From Octopus sinensis (Eukaryota), in the NCBI RefSeq assembly GCF_006345805.1, contig NC_043009.1:15562001-15626000 (forward strand): a DNA stretch of 64,000 nucleotides, read 5' to 3'. Below, one piece after another: positions 1-14,948 of this stretch. A program made the position numbers and the translations under genes. Every line of letters starts with the position of its first letter. Within the stretch, counting starts at the first letter, position 1. The notes under the pieces were generated by a model that saw only the letters and a list, made by a program, of their open reading frames with translations, ran no database searches and was not told the DNA's origin.

Positions 1-299
1 TAACAGCACATAACATCAGGTGTCTTTCGACTAAGGACCGATTAAATTAAGCTGGCGTGTGTGGAAGTAAAGCCTTACGGCAGAGATCCAAGTTTCCACA
101 GGCACAGGAAGGAATAAAGGTGTTACACTGACAGTAGTCCAACCAAGAAAGGGCAGATCAGGGCTGGCCGAACACTGGTCACGTGGGGAGAGAAGAGAGA
201 GGTAGAGGCAGAAGGATAGAAGAATTAAGGAGGGGCGAAAGAACGTGCGCCGCTACTACAGTCCCTAGAATGGACAGAATTAATTAATAGAGAACTCAT

Positions 300-1222
300 T
301 AAACAAACTGAAACGGAAAGCTACAAATACCTTCGCATACGAGAGTCTAACGAGAAAATGTAAAACGAAATGACTGAGCAAACTAAGATTAATGTTGCGC
401 TCAAAATTGAACTGATAGAATACAATCGAAGTAGCTAATACATTGGCGATAGCAACGCTTCCGTATGGAGCTGGAATTATAAAATGACAGAAGAAAGAAC
501 TGATGAATATGGATAAGAAGACAAGAAAGAACGTGACAGTGCACGGAGACTACCACGCTATGAGTGACACCGATAGGTTGTACTTGCCCAGAAGAAAGAG
601 TGGAAGTGGTTTGATCAGTTGCGAGAACTGTATCGAAGCAGAGGAAATCAGCTTAGTTTGGTATGTATATAATGCCTTGAAAAAATAAAGAGGAAAAGAA
701 CACACACACACGCAAAAAGAAACAACATGCAAGGAAAAAAATGTATGTTCAGTTTGCAAAGGATACGAACTCCAAGACCGATACAGATGACAGGTAGCTA
801 TGGATGAGGAGGAGTGAACTTGAGGATAGAGACAGACGAAGCTCAAGAACAAATAATAAGGACTAACGATATGAAGTGCAGAATCGACAACACTACCGAC
901 AGCGACACATGTAGAATGTGAACAACTACAACGATTTCAAGCGGAAATTACGAAGGTTGTGGTCAATGAGGAGAGTAGACGTGGTACCAATAGTAATTGG
1001 CGCACTTGAAAGTATCAGCAATCAACTAAGAACATAGCTCAAAAAGATCGGTGCAAAGGTAAAGGTAGAACATCTCAAAAAGTGAGCGTTGCTTGGAGCT
1101 GCAATAATGTTTTCGCTGGGTTATTGAAGCATGACCAGTATACAAGAGTCATCTTAGTCTACCGGCTGTGGGCTCCTGACACTATCCATCATACCCAGCA
1201 AAAGAAGCTCAGAGTTTACATT
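300..1222 (+). mobile_element. Decayed REL-type non-LTR retrotransposon (Dong/R4-like), 3' portion
   Basis: Broken frames give ETESYKYL, YGAGIIK..KELMNMDKKTRK, HAMSDTDRLYLPRRKSGSGLIS, AQEQIIRTN..DTCRM, LWSMRRVDVVPIVIGAL; ends in an (AAT)n tract. Confidence 0.85.
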
Positions 1223-1236
1223 AAATAATAATAGTG

Positions 1237-1296
<60 letters not shown>

Positions 1297-1325
1297 TTAA
1301 TAATAATAATAATATAATAATAATA

Positions 1326-1364
<39 letters not shown>

Positions 1365-1420
1365 TTAATAATAATAATAATAATAAATAATAATATAATA
1401 ATAATAATAATAATAATAAT
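1223..1420. repeat. (AAT)n microsatellite at the LINE 3' end
   Basis: Direct reading. Confidence 0.97.
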
Positions 1421-1598
1421 CCCTTCTACTAGGGCTAGGCGATTACATCAATCTCCAGGGCGTAGCTGGTACCTATTTCATTGACCCGAAATGATGAAAG
1501 GCAATGTTGACCACGGCGAAATTTAAACACGGAATGTAAGGACGGACGAGATGCCGCTAAGCATTTTGTCCGGCATGCTAACGATTCTGCCAACTTGC
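1421..1598 (-). mobile_element. tRNA-derived SINE, family A
   Basis: Reverse complement matches the recurrent ggcagaa..cgttagc..aaatgcttagcgg..gcctttcatc..gggtc body also at 27627 and 36055. Confidence 0.8.
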
Positions 1599-2162
1599 AT
1601 AAAAGCGGGATCGGGCAGGAAAGAAAATAGAATTATAAGGTTATATACAAGATTGTTACCAGTTCAATATTAACTCGCAGTACGTCCTCTCCAGATTCTG
1701 TGAATAAAGAGATAACCACTCCGAAGTGCTTGCCTCAAACAATTTGATTCTGAGACGCGCTAAGCTGATTTTCTTTGCTTTTACACTGTGTATCTGCAGC
1801 AAAGAAATTTCGGCATGACAAAACACGGAAAGTGAGTGTAAAAGGTTCTATGTTATGAAATACCGGCATCTTCCCCGACATGATTATTCTATGTGTCTTC
1901 CTTCTTTTTATGTAATAAAATGTGAATATGTATTTATAGCAGTTCATGCAACTACGTAAAAACTGCGTCGATGGCTTGATGTTGCCACTGATATTTAAGA
2001 TGTATATTTGCTATTTCTCTTCGGTTCTGCACTTAATGTCTTCTCTGTAACAACGCAAGATATCCGGCTCTATGTACACTGCATTTTTCTTTATCTTCAG
2101 CAGAGAAAAGTTTTTCTTGAGATTGATCATATTGCAACTCGAAAGAAATGTCGATATTAACG

Positions 2163-2173
2163 TTTTCTTTTTT

Positions 2174-2213
<40 letters not shown>

Positions 2214-2242
2214 TTTTCTTTCTTCTTTCTTCTTTCTTTTTT

Positions 2243-2298
<56 letters not shown>
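2163..2298. repeat. (TTTC)n microsatellite
   Basis: Direct reading. Confidence 0.95.
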
Positions 2299-2299
<1 letters not shown>

Positions 2300-2814
2300 G
2301 CAAACTATATTATGCGATCAGATGTCGTGAGAAAGCATTCAAGTTCTTGTTTTCTGATTTTATTCTGGAAAGAAATTGCTTCAGCATTTGGTATTGTTAT
2401 TCTGATTGTTATAAATATATCTACGGAGTATCATTATTCATGAGTGTGCACTGAATACACCATGTGGTTAGCAATCTCGGCATCTAATTTGGGTTAAGTA
2501 AATCTCAGGAGATATGAATGAACAAAAATATTCAAATGAGTCTTTATGATATAGCTAATAAGAATTCGGTTATTTAAAAGTGAAAGCATACTCGATATTA
2601 AAAAAGAACAATACATCAGACTCTGAACAAAATTATATGTATGTATGAATCTATTAATGATGTATATATGTGTGTGTGTAAGTGTGTGCGTGTGTGTGTG
2701 TTTATATATGTGTGTATATATGCATATAGATAGATATAGATATATATGTGAATGCCTGCATGTATTTATATTTATACATAATAATTATATATATATATAT
2801 ATATACGCACCCCC

Positions 2815-2851
<37 letters not shown>

Positions 2852-3341
2852 GTGTGTTTGTGTGTGTATGAGTATGTATGTATATATATATACACACGAG
2901 TGAATGGACAAACGAAAGAAAGTCGCTCTCAATACAGTTGACATGAGTTATATGTATCATTTAGTTAGTCTGACTCGACTCCATACAGCAGCCCCCTTCT
3001 ATACACACAGTTCAGTTTAGTACCACCAAATCTGGTTATGCCCACACGGAAAAGATGTCGTTCTGTACTGTTGGCTCTACATTAACCGACAACGATATTT
3101 CGCCCTACTATGTCCAAGATGTAAACCGAACTGGAAGTAAACCAGAGTCCATCAATAGAGGCTTAACATCAATAATCTTCAATTTATTTCAGTTCCTGTT
3201 ACTTGCTCTTCAAATACCTAACTAGCTACATTCGTTGAAGGAGCCTACCAAGCTTTAAGTTACACGGTGCTGTCTCAAACTATTATTAAATTATATACAT
3301 GCATATCTGTCTGTCTATCTATCTATCTATCTATCTATATA

Positions 3342-3370
<29 letters not shown>

Positions 3371-3373
<3 letters not shown>

Positions 3374-3664
3374 CACGTCACGTGACCGACTAGGTTATCA
3401 GATGTTGCTACACATCGCTGGTCACAATGCCCGTCGCATTGTTTTAGCCTTCAAATGACGCCACACCACTGACTAAGTGAGCAGGCCAACAGAAGAAAGA
3501 GTGAGAGAAAGTTGTGGCGTAAGAGTACAGCGGGGGTCGCCAACAACCTCTGCCGGAGCCTCGTGGAGCTTTAGGTGCTTTTGCTCAATAAACCCTGGGA
3601 ATCGAAACCGCGACGCTACGACCGCGAGTCGGCTGCCCTAACCACTGGGCCATTGCGCCTCCAC
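3371..3664 (-). mobile_element. tRNA-derived SINE, family C
   Basis: Minus strand begins ggaggcgcaatggcccagtggttagggcag...gtttcgattccc (A and B boxes); homologous to 37736. Confidence 0.85.
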
Positions 3665-4049
3665 ACACACTTATATATATATATATAAAGAGAGAGAGAG
3701 GGAGGGAGAGAGAATATGAGGTGTTGTATATATATACATGTTTGTATTTACGTACTATTTTGTGCATATTCCACTGACAAGGCAAAGCATTTCTTATGCA
3801 AAGCCAGAAATCCGGGATCTGGAATTATCGAATAATTTTTTGCTAGTTTGTTTTGTCTGTTTGTCTTCTCACCTGATGATGTAGGAATATTTTATGTGGT
3901 TTTAGAGTCAATTTTCTACTGCTATATGGTATCTTTTGTGATGGTATCTTTCAGATACGCTTAATTATAATTTAAAAAATAATTATATATATATATGTTT
4001 GTGTGTGTGCGTGTGTGTGTGTGTGTGTATGTGCGTGTATCTATGTATA

Positions 4050-4430
4050 AGCGCAGGCGTAGCTGTGTGGTAAGTAGCCTGCTTTATCTCGAACCCACCA
4101 AAGCCTTGTGAGCGAATTTGGTAGAAGGAAACTGAAAGAGGCCCCATGTATATATACATGCACACACATGTGTGCGTTTGTGTGTGTATGTGAGTGTGTG
4201 TGGGAGTGTATTATGTGTGTGTGTGTGTGTCTGTCTGTGTCTGTGTCTGTATTTTCTATTTGTCCCTCTATCATCGTTTGATAACAGATGATGGTGTGTT
4301 TACATCTCCGTAGGCTAGCGGTGCGGCAAAACTATTCAAAGAGTAAGTCCAAGGATCGAGTTTTTCGACTAAAGGTGTACTCAGGCATGGCCGCAATCAA
4401 ATGTCCAAAGCAAGTAAAAGTATAAAAATA
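4050..4430 (+). mobile_element. SINE family B with internal microsatellite, internally deleted
   Basis: gcgcaggcgtagctgtgtggtaagtagc head, ccaaagccttgtgag..ggaaactgaaag, gcatggccgcaatcaaatg tail shared with 14181 and 46221 copies. Confidence 0.8.
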
Positions 4431-4451
4431 TAAACGAATACACACATATAC

Positions 4452-4484
<33 letters not shown>

Positions 4485-4584
4485 TGTATGTATGTATGTA
4501 TGTATGTATGTATGTATGTATGCATGTATGTGTGTATGTAAGTATGTTTGTATGTATGCAAGTATGTTTGTATGAAATGATATC

Positions 4585-5050
4585 ATCAACAGTATCGTAG
4601 GAAAATTCTTGGGGTAAATTGGCAGAAGTGATAGGAGAGTGGAATCGATGGATCTGCAAAGTCCTTTGCGGTAGGGTGGACATCTGGTGAGAATGAATGA
4701 TGAAAGACTTCCTGAACAACTTTCATAGTGAGCTGGAAGATGGTAGGAAACGAGCATAGCACACACATCCAGAAGGAATTTCAAGGATTGACACAGGATT
4801 GCTCTGTCACAGTTAGGAGCTTCAATTGTTGTTTGGGAGAGGAGGGTACAATACCGAAATGGATGAAGAAATAGAGTGCACAGTGATTTTTCGAAGTTTG
4901 ATAGAATGAAGCACAAGAAGATCAAGTGAAGGCTTATAAAAATGAACCTGTGAAAAATAAGGGAGTGCTGCTTCTTATGTGTGCGACTTGTGGAAGGAAA
5001 CGTTTGAATGATGCAGGCCTAGTCCGCCATCGGAGAAGTCATTGGAATCA
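4585..5050 (+). mobile_element. RTE/BovB-like LINE 3' fragment
   Basis: RKILGVNWQ, GGHLVRMNDERLPEQL, SELEDGRKR, RNFKD and C-terminal C2H2 finger CATCGRKRLNDAGLVRHRRSH. Confidence 0.8.
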
Positions 5051-5639
5051 ACTCCCTGTACATTGTGATACGGGTTATGTTCACAACAGAAAATGTACAA
5101 CTGATTGCATCACTTGAAATAATTCAAGACGTAAGTAATCTCATAGTGCTACAATTGAAATCACAGAAACGTTACAGATATATTCTGAAAAGCAAATGTG
5201 ACCCGGGAATTGAAGGACACAGAGAAATATGTGTAAAATAGTCCAATCGGAAGGGTGCCGTCTTCTCTCAAGTCAATACAACAGCTCATGCTTCCCTGCA
5301 AATCCAGCAAAGGACGGTTCACCTTGGCTGAGATGTTCTACTTCACTCATTGTACTCATATCGCCTTCCACTTTCGGATTACCATTCATATTGAATCCTA
5401 CCGAATGTTCTAATTGAGGAAACTTCAGTTCTTTGAAAGACTGCAAAATCGTTAGACCAGTTGATGTTCCAGAAAGATGTAAAGTTCTGGGAGGATTAGA
5501 ACATGACACCGCCTCAAACATAGGTAGAGATTGTTAAACAAAATGTTGTTTTTGAAATTGAAAGTTACTAAAAAAAAACATTACTTTCCAACTGAATATT
5601 TATGTATTTCTTGTAAATTCATTCAGCCTCTTCCTTCCT

Positions 5640-5830
5640 ACCATTTCATCATGCTGAACCCCGCTAAATTCCACACAGTTTTTCTCTCTCCGTATTGTTT
5701 TCAATGTCTCACCGTTTTTTGCTTTTTAATCCTTTCTGTCGAAGAACGTAGGTTCGAAACGTAAAATACTTTTCCATTTTCCCGTACGTTAAACTAATGC
5801 ACCTGCTTTTTGTTTCTACACCTGTCTTTT
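5640..5830 (+). mobile_element. Probable Penelope-like pLTR remnant with degenerate minimal hammerhead (5733-5766)
   Basis: ttt-CTGTCGA-A-GAAC-gtag-GTTC-GAAAC-GTA-aaa. Confidence 0.55.
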
Positions 5831-5871
5831 CTTTTCTGGCGTGAGTGTGTGTGTACTTAAGTGTCTGCATC

Positions 5872-6281
5872 TTTCTTATTTCTTATTTCTTTACTACCCA
5901 CAAGGGGCTAAACATAGAGGGGACAAACAAGGACAGACAAAGGGATTAAGTTTACATCGACGCCAGTGCGTAACTGGTACTTAATTTATCGACCCTGGAA
6001 GGATGACAAGCAAAGTCGTTCTCGGCGGAATTTTGAACTCAGAACATAAAGACAGACGAAATACCTATTTCTATACCACCCAGAATGGGGCTAAACACAG
6101 AGAGGACAAACAAGGACAGACAAACGGATTAAATTGATTATATCGACCCTAGTGCGTAACTGGTACTTATTTGATCGACCCCGAAAGGATGAAAGGATGA
6201 AAGTCGACCTTGGCGAAATTTGAACTCAGAACGTAGCAGCAGACGAAATACTGCTAAGCATTTCGCCCGGCATGCTAACGA
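5872..6281 (-). mobile_element. Two tandem family A SINE copies
   Basis: Repeated ..ggggctaaaca(t/c)agag(g/a)ggacaaacaaggacagacaa..atcgaccc..ggatga..gaactcagaac units starting near 5872 and 6066. Confidence 0.9.
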
Positions 6282-6885
6282 GTGTGTGTATGTTTCGTTG
6301 TGGTGCAACTGTCAGTCGACACTTCCGATTCATTATCACTGCAATCTACACAACTAGGACTTTGGCTTGGCCTCCAAAATGATATCTCATGCATTTTCTT
6401 TCAAGAGAGAACAATAAATCTTTACAATATTTTTGCCCGTTACGATCGAATTTCTTGCAATCAATTTAAGTAACTTATGTTTCTTTAACATCTCTATCAC
6501 AGTTCACCCGTGTTCTCACACTACGTTACACTGAGCCTTCCATATAAAAATTCAAACCATTTGCGAACAAATACGTATATCAACTATTCTCCTCCCTCTT
6601 TCACACAAAATATAATTCGATACTTATACATATGCGCACACATAAATCTACATAACTCGCACCTAATATATCGCCCACATGCAGCCTAGAAAGCTACGCA
6701 ATCTCTAACGCATGCTACTATGCTAAACTCTTATTACTTTCCTCATCCCCAAATAAATTATAGATATTTAATTATACTAACATAGCTGAATGCTCTTCAT
6801 ATCCTCTTTCGTTCATCTCGACAAATAGTTTGTGATTACAAATTTCTTCACAGAGTTCAATGTCTATCCCTTTATTGCTTTATTT

Positions 6886-6945
<60 letters not shown>
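6886..6945. repeat. (CT)n microsatellite
   Basis: Direct reading. Confidence 0.95.
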
Positions 6946-6950
<5 letters not shown>

Positions 6951-8820
6951 CTCTCTTTCTTTCTTACTCTCTTTCATTGTGTTTCTGCATCCCATTTTCT
7001 TTCTGCAGAAAAACAAGACTATATATATACATACGTACAGAGGGTAGAATAAATTCACTTTTGAAATTGGAGAATTGTAAACAAATTTCTGAATTCATAG
7101 ATATAGCAATCCTGAATCAACCAAGCTTGTTTCATTGAAAAATGAGTTGATGCTTATATTCCAATATACAATTATTACTTCATAGCATATTCTCCAAGAA
7201 TATAGAATAAAGAGATTTTATTTTTCTACTCCTTGGAGAAATGTATACGAAGTGTGTTATCCAAAGCAAAAACTATTTAGACACATATTTTCCAATTAAT
7301 AAATAGTTTCACGTATTCCATTGATGATTCACATATGTAAAGGCTTGTCTGGTGCAACGTTTACCAACTGAAACACATTTTACGACTAATTATGTAAATC
7401 CCCACAGGAAATTTTCAATGCCTTACTCGTAATTATTTTCATTCTTTTCTGTCGATCACTACTCTTATCAATCCAAGAAGAGCACTTATAAAAGAAATTC
7501 CAAATTCTTTAAAGTACAGAGGACTATGTCAAAGCCAGAGGTACGAAAGAAAATTGCATTACTCGATGAAGTATTTTTCTTCTGACAATCAACTAGCGCA
7601 CTCTAACAAGATTTCAATGTGATGTAAGTTATATTTTTCGATCCATTTTTTTTCTTCATTAGATGTATGTCTTAATAAAATAGATATTACCAGACAATAT
7701 TAACTCCTGCATATGCCAAACATATTTTATTGAATACTACATTTATTTAAATACATAGACGTGTGCGTTTCTCTGTAACTGTGTATGCGTGCGTGTATGT
7801 ATGTGTGTATGTGTCCGTGTGTGTGTGATTGAAATTTTCATGAGAATGAGCAAACCGAAAGTTCGATGTCAATGGCGACTTTTTCCTTGTAAAAGTTAAT
7901 TAAATGGTACACTATCGAAGGGCAAGGAGTAATCGGTGCGCATAATAATACTCTCAATAAATAGAGAATACGTAAGTAAATGATTCAGTGTACGGCACTC
8001 TGTTAGGGTGAAAGAACTTGATATTAAATTCTTGATATTAAATTTTAAAGAATATAAACGTAATTTCTTGGTAGACATTAAACGAGGTCATATCAATGCT
8101 ATTAAAATACACTAGAAAAACCAGTGAGGTGAACTTCGATGCAATTAATTATGAATTTAAGTTATCTACTATTCTTAATTTCTGTGGAAACAGTTATACT
8201 GTAAGAAATTGTTTTGATAATTTACACAAACATAGAGATTAATCCACACAATTTAATTTCTCCCCTTCTGTACAGGAGAGCTCTTTAATGAAAAATATTA
8301 CAATTGTTCATTGATATGGAACCATAATATATTTGGACATTGTATATAGTTGAAAATGATTTCACTCTTTCAAAGAATATTTCCGGTAATGTTTAACGGT
8401 TCAATGTTTTCGATGTTGCTATGGACTGATTTGGAAGACTGGAACTGAAAAGGATTATTTGCTTTGGGCAGCTTGCAACCAAATTTAATTTTGTAGAAAC
8501 AGGGGCGAGAGTCTAAATTGACCGTTGAGAAAAAAACACACCAGAAAAACAGAGGTAGAAGAGATTGAATAAACACTTTTTCGTGTGTGTGTAAGTGTGT
8601 GTGCATAAATACATATATATGTGTGTTTGTTAGTGCGGGGGGTGGGTGCCTGCGTGTGTGTTACTTAGGGTACCTAGTCGTTTAGATGAACTGTGAACTA
8701 AATCCCTATACGTTGTGCGCGTGTGTGTGTATACATATACATATGTGAGTGTATATATATGTGTATACACACACACACACACGCACAGACACTCACACAT
8801 AAATATATATATATACATAT

Positions 8821-9641
8821 ACAACTTCCAGAGATCCCTGGCCTGGCAGTGCTGCCCGTTCGGGATAAGCTCTACAGACACGGCTCCAGAAAGACGGGGC
8901 CGACCTGCCCGAGATGCGGTCTGAGCGACGAGACCGCTCTGCACGCACTCGTGCAGTGTCCAACAATTTCCGACCTGTGGGCTTATGTCGAACGACTGCT
9001 GTGACGTGTGGGACGAGTCGGTTTATCAGCCGAGTGTATCGTCAATATTGTTACGCCTCCTTCCTTCAAACAGGAAGGAAGAGCTATTTTCATCATTCTT
9101 GTGGCTATGGCGAAAGAATGTATCTGGTGGACGCGTCTGAAAGAATTGGAGACAAACACTTTCCTCTCTGGTCAATCTCTCATCAACTTCTTTGAGTATC
9201 ACTTGAAAAGGAAAGTGAGAGTAGAGAGGCAAGTTTTGTCTAGCGAATGTTTTAAAAAAAGATGGGTGAATGTAGCAAGGATGGCACGTATGAATGACGA
9301 AGCCACCTTGAGCATAATCCTATGAACCCGAAAAATTCAAAACAGAGGGTTACCTACTTGCAAACAAATGTGTTAACATGTAACACTATTGACCGAGGTT
9401 ACCGTGGTCTTTTCCGTAGGCTTTTCTTTCCACGGATAAACCCTATCTGCTTCCCCCTTTACACTTTACATCATGGCATTTCTGTAATACACGATCCGTA
9501 TTGATCGGTTTTTCTTTTTCTTTTTGCTTTTTTCCTTTTTTTCTTTCACTTTTACGATCCCCTTTGATCGAAAACCTACCCCATTTTTCTCCCCATAAAA
9601 GCTCTACTTTGTAATCTGTCCCGTCTTTGGCTAATAAAGAA
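8821..9641 (+). mobile_element. 5'-truncated Tx1/L1-clade LINE: ORF2 C-terminus (zf-RVT) and 3' UTR
   Basis: LPVRDKLYRHG..CPRCGLSDETALHALVQC..LW..AKECIWWTR, open to the stop at 9325 apart from one internal stop; pyrimidine-rich UTR; AATAAA at 9633; similar acacata..tacatat flanks at 8795-8820 and 9642-9665. Confidence 0.88.
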
Positions 9642-10282
9642 ACACATATATATATATGTACATATATATTACAATTAGGAGTTGGGATAACAATTAAGAG
9701 TTGTTTGCAATGATCTGCATATTTGTTTATTTATTCAAAAATCTGGCACGTCCTTGTGTAGCTTCATAGTTTTCTCAGATAGAGACGGGTACCAAAGTCC
9801 ATGTGGTGCAGGCTTCATACGTTTTTGTTCATATTAAGCAATAAATATAAAAGATTTTCATTAATTAATTTAAACAATATTTTTTTGTCTATTAATTTCA
9901 AAAAATAAAGAGTTATTGGATTGAAGATGTAATTGTTTATATATTTTTGCTGCAGTTATACATAGGGGAACACTTAGATACTTAATAATTATATATATAT
10001 ATACACAGCTAACTGCTTGTTATATGTTGTGGTGACGAGGGACTCTCTTAGACATGAATAGGTTTCGATTGGTATGTGTTTGAGATGTAATGAAATAAAT
10101 TCCGATGGTTGCGGATTATGTCGTCCGCAAGAGTGTTTTTGTCGCTTTTTTAATTGTAATTGACGTATGATGGAATAGTTAACGCTAACGCTCATAATAC
10201 ATAGATATTTGAATTAATTGTCACAGCCCAGTCGTCATTTCCCACAGAATGTCGTCCATCTTTAAACCGCGACCCTGAAATG

Positions 10283-10318
<36 letters not shown>

Positions 10319-11499
10319 TACATATATATCAGAAAATGTAGATAAATCGAAACAATTTGTCGGCCTTTAAGTTATTTTTTAAATAATTTTTTTCATGTCA
10401 TATGATAAAATGTTATATTATATTCATAGTATATCCTGTAATATTATAATATAAATAAATTATTGAATTGTCAATAGTATCTCTCTTATCAATGTATCTA
10501 GCGATGCATTAAATATTTATAAACCCCATCCTACAATTATTGTTATTATTATCATTTTCAACCTACATTATAACGGTATGGCCATGATGCAACCGCAAAA
10601 CTCTGACTCACTACGCAGTGTCATTAGATGGTAGACGGCATGATGAAATAGGAACTGTACTTGCATACACTAAACACTACCATAAACAAATTTAAAGGAT
10701 ATATATATGTAAGTATGTATGTATGTATGTATGTATGCATGTATGTATGTATTTATGTATGCATGCATGTATGTATGTATGTATTTCTGTATGTATATGC
10801 ATATTCAAATAGATCCGTTTATGCATACTTTCCCATATATGCCTGTGTATGTGCACTTGTATGTGCATATCTATCTCTCTAACATGTTCCTGTTTCCCTG
10901 TGTCATGCGTGTGTGGATGTATTCACCACCGATTACAACATTCGCTTTGTGCCAAAACGCAAAATAACCGATTTCTAAAACATACTGTGATTAAACAAGA
11001 ATAAAAATTAAATAATTAGCAGAGTCGTTATGATTAACTAAAATGTATGCAAGCGCACTACTGCATTGATACAGCCCATTGGATGAAACCTATAACTGGA
11101 CATAAAATGGGTGCGGTGAACTAGTACCCAGACTTGTGCATAAAAGGAAGTAACTCTACTTTTTATGTCATCGCTATCAGATACAGACTCCCTCACTCAG
11201 TCACAGTTTCATGCACTCGTACTCCTTTTCCACACGCACACACACATACACACACAAACACACACACAGACACACACACACACAGGCACACACACACAAA
11301 CACTCATGTATATCTAGTTTACAACTTGCCAAATTGTGTATTAAAAATAATTTATTACATCTGGAAGTTTCTACGTTTGTAACAGTCGTCAAGTGAATGC
11401 TTGCATAACAATAGCATTTATATCGAGGTTTCTCTTCTTCTAACGACATTTGAATCATAAAGATTACGACATAGGAGGATTAAGAAATTTTTTATTGCT

Positions 11500-12700
11500 A
11501 CATATTTCTGAATGAATACTGTATGGATCTACTATTTACTGATTGTGTATTCGTATGTGCTATGATAAGGAATTTCTACTCTGGTCAATATATATTTTAT
11601 CTTAATTGAGATATTTGTTTGAATAAATTTAATATCATCTCATATTGTCTTAGCAAAGATTTTTTTCTGGTAGTCTTTGTATTAATATGATATATAAACT
11701 GCATGTATAAAATATGTACCATAACGATTGTCACTATGTTTGCATATGGTTAAGTTGCGATCGCTGTTTAAATACAACTTTGACTGTCTTAAGATTTGTT
11801 TTAGTATTTTGGATTGTAATACGATTTGAATAAATATTCGATCTTTAATTAAATCCTATAATTTATCTTACACTCTGCTAAGAAGCTAATGTGGTAAGAT
11901 GATATTAGAAAAATCCCGTTGATGTTGATTATATGTTAATGTATCCTTCTTTCTTGCATTGCTCGAAGTTGTTTTACATGTATTCGTTTTCTATAATCTA
12001 TAACATTTTGTATAAGTAAGTTTGAATATTTATAATGTAGAAATCTCTTAAGGATTGCGACGTTTTGTTTTCGGGTATTTATTTTCCTTCACTGCTCGAT
12101 ATTGGATGGATGCTCTATATGTTGCCTGGTGCGATTTAAAACACATTATTGATTTTCCCTCATTCTTTAAAAATATATATATCGGCAGTAATCTTTGTGT
12201 TAGTTTAATCACGCTTATTGGAGAAATGATGATTTCATGGTGCTTATCTCATTTGGAGAAGACGGTTTTCGTTACTGTTGAATTCCAAATTAGCCAGAAA
12301 TTTTATGTAACTTAGAAAAACCGAATAATATCTACAACTATTTTACATATAACCTCTCTATATTTTCTCAAAATTCCGTATCACAATTTTCACTATTCCC
12401 GAGTACACATTTGTTAGAACAAATTTGGTTTGAGAAATAATATATCGTTCTCATCGATGATACTGAGACTGGCTACCTACTTGAAATTGCCTCTCAGCGA
12501 TTTTTGACTGACTATTTGATTCCTGTTTTCCTCATTAATGTGGAATCATTTGTGTGAAGGTTTGCTACAATAAATTCAATTTAGAATAAAAGATAGCAAC
12601 ATTATTCCTAATGTATTTAGTTTCTCATGTAGCTGGAAACTGGTTTGAAAACAGTGTTAATTAAATTATTGAGATGTTGAATAGATTATTGAGTACCAGC
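11500..12700 (-). mobile_element. Possible very old Dong/R4-like LINE remnant
   Basis: Only a weak motif (IHPISSSEGK*IPENK, cf. HPKSxxERLYIPRK) near 12060-12130; boundaries guessed. Confidence 0.3.
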
Positions 12701-13039
12701 TATGATCGGCGTAAAAATGACATCTTTCACTTTCAGCCACTTTATAGTTTCACTGCATTGCTCTTTTAGTTCATTACGAGGGGGTTTTGTATAAGTTGGC
12801 GATAAAGATTTATAGATTTTGTTTCAAATTTATAGTCATTCTCCTTAGTGGTAAGTGAATTACGATGTTTTAAAACAATGTTGGTAGCTGTTGCATAATG
12901 CGGCGATTTATATTGCAAGTATTTCTGAATAAACGTTTGTATCATTCATCTGCTTAGCAACTAAATACCGATAATGTTCAAAGACCATAATCACAACAAC
13001 ACTTTGAAAGATTTAAAGGAACACGTTGACTTGTTTTTA

Positions 13040-13205
13040 TATTTAATCCTGGTACTTATTCTGTCGTACATTTCGGCAAATCACTAAGTTCCGTGAATGT
13101 AACCAAGCCGGTTGTCAAATGGAGAAGACAATCACAAAAACGAGCGCACACATGCACTCACTCACGCGCGCACACACGTACATACACACTCACACTTACA
13201 CACAC

Positions 13206-13281
<76 letters not shown>

Positions 13282-13435
13282 GGGCACGCACACGCACATA
13301 TAAATATAAACGTAGGGTATACAGTTTCCGTCAACCAAATTCACTCACAAATTCTTGGTGGGCTCGAGATAATAGTGAAAGACCCCTGTCAAAGGTTCCA
13401 CGCAGCCGGACCAAAAGCAAAAGTACGATATTGCA
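13040..13435 (-). mobile_element. SINE family B with internal (CA)n
   Basis: cagtttccgtcaaccaaattcactcacaa matches the reverse complement of the family B body. Confidence 0.7.
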
Positions 13436-13869
13436 CACCAACAGGCTGAGATGTAGAGTATTTTTCCCAATAATCTTAAAAGTGTGCAAATATTTCCAAT
13501 TTGTCAACTTGGGAAGAATATCACTTTCGTGGTGTATTTTCCCATTTCTTTCTTTTGGTGGAATATATTTTGATTCATTCTTTATAATATATCTATCATC
13601 TCAGTGACATTCTTAGCGAACAGTTCAACCAATTGTATTTCCCAGCAGAAAAATAGATATACTCTCTTCCAGCTCTTGATTGTTAGATTCTTTTTTATTT
13701 ATTTTGCCATTGTAGTGAGTAGGGTCTTCCTTAGATACATTTTGAAGTCTCATATCTCTCTTGCGCTTTATTATCCCACGCAATAAATGTATATGTATAT
13801 CTACTACATAGATACGTGTATATTTCTACATATTTATATATACACGATCCTTTCTAACAATGACTTTGC

Positions 13870-14070
13870 TCGTAAACGAGAAAGCACCTTGCACGTGGAA
13901 TTTTGGTGATCTTTCTTTCCTTCTTTGGCCTTTTCTGATGAACTTTTCTGTCGCTTGTTTCCGAAGAAGAGCTTTGCTCGAAAGGTAAGACAACCACTAT
14001 TTCTTTCCTTCTCCGTGTGTTTTATTAATACTGTGCATGTACCACGTTCACATGTTGTTTTTTCTTGATT
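13870..14070 (+). mobile_element. Probable Penelope-like pLTR remnant with degenerate minimal hammerhead (13957-13991)
   Basis: gttt-CCGAAGA-A-GAGC-ttt-GCTC-GAAAG-GTA-agac. Confidence 0.5.
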
Positions 14071-14109
14071 TTTTCTCCTTTTTTATCAATTATATATATA
14101 ATATATATA

Positions 14110-14177
<68 letters not shown>

Positions 14178-14180
14178 AAA

Positions 14181-14948
<768 letters not shown>

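Noticed and set aside
1800-1831. Possible 32-nt micro-exon (ctgcag ... gtgagt)
   Set aside because: Splice signals only; no partner exons or homology evidence
2072-2960. ORFs rich in YI, CV, TH, FLS, poly-N/I/L/S, here and throughout the window
   Set aside because: Translations of stop-free microsatellites, not genes
5229-5521. Overlapping 62-aa and 82-aa ORFs with ordinary composition
   Set aside because: No recognisable domain or clear splice boundaries; cannot be supported without a homology search
12774-12900. tacgaggggg.. mariner TIR-like start
   Set aside because: No matching opposite TIR or transposase motif found
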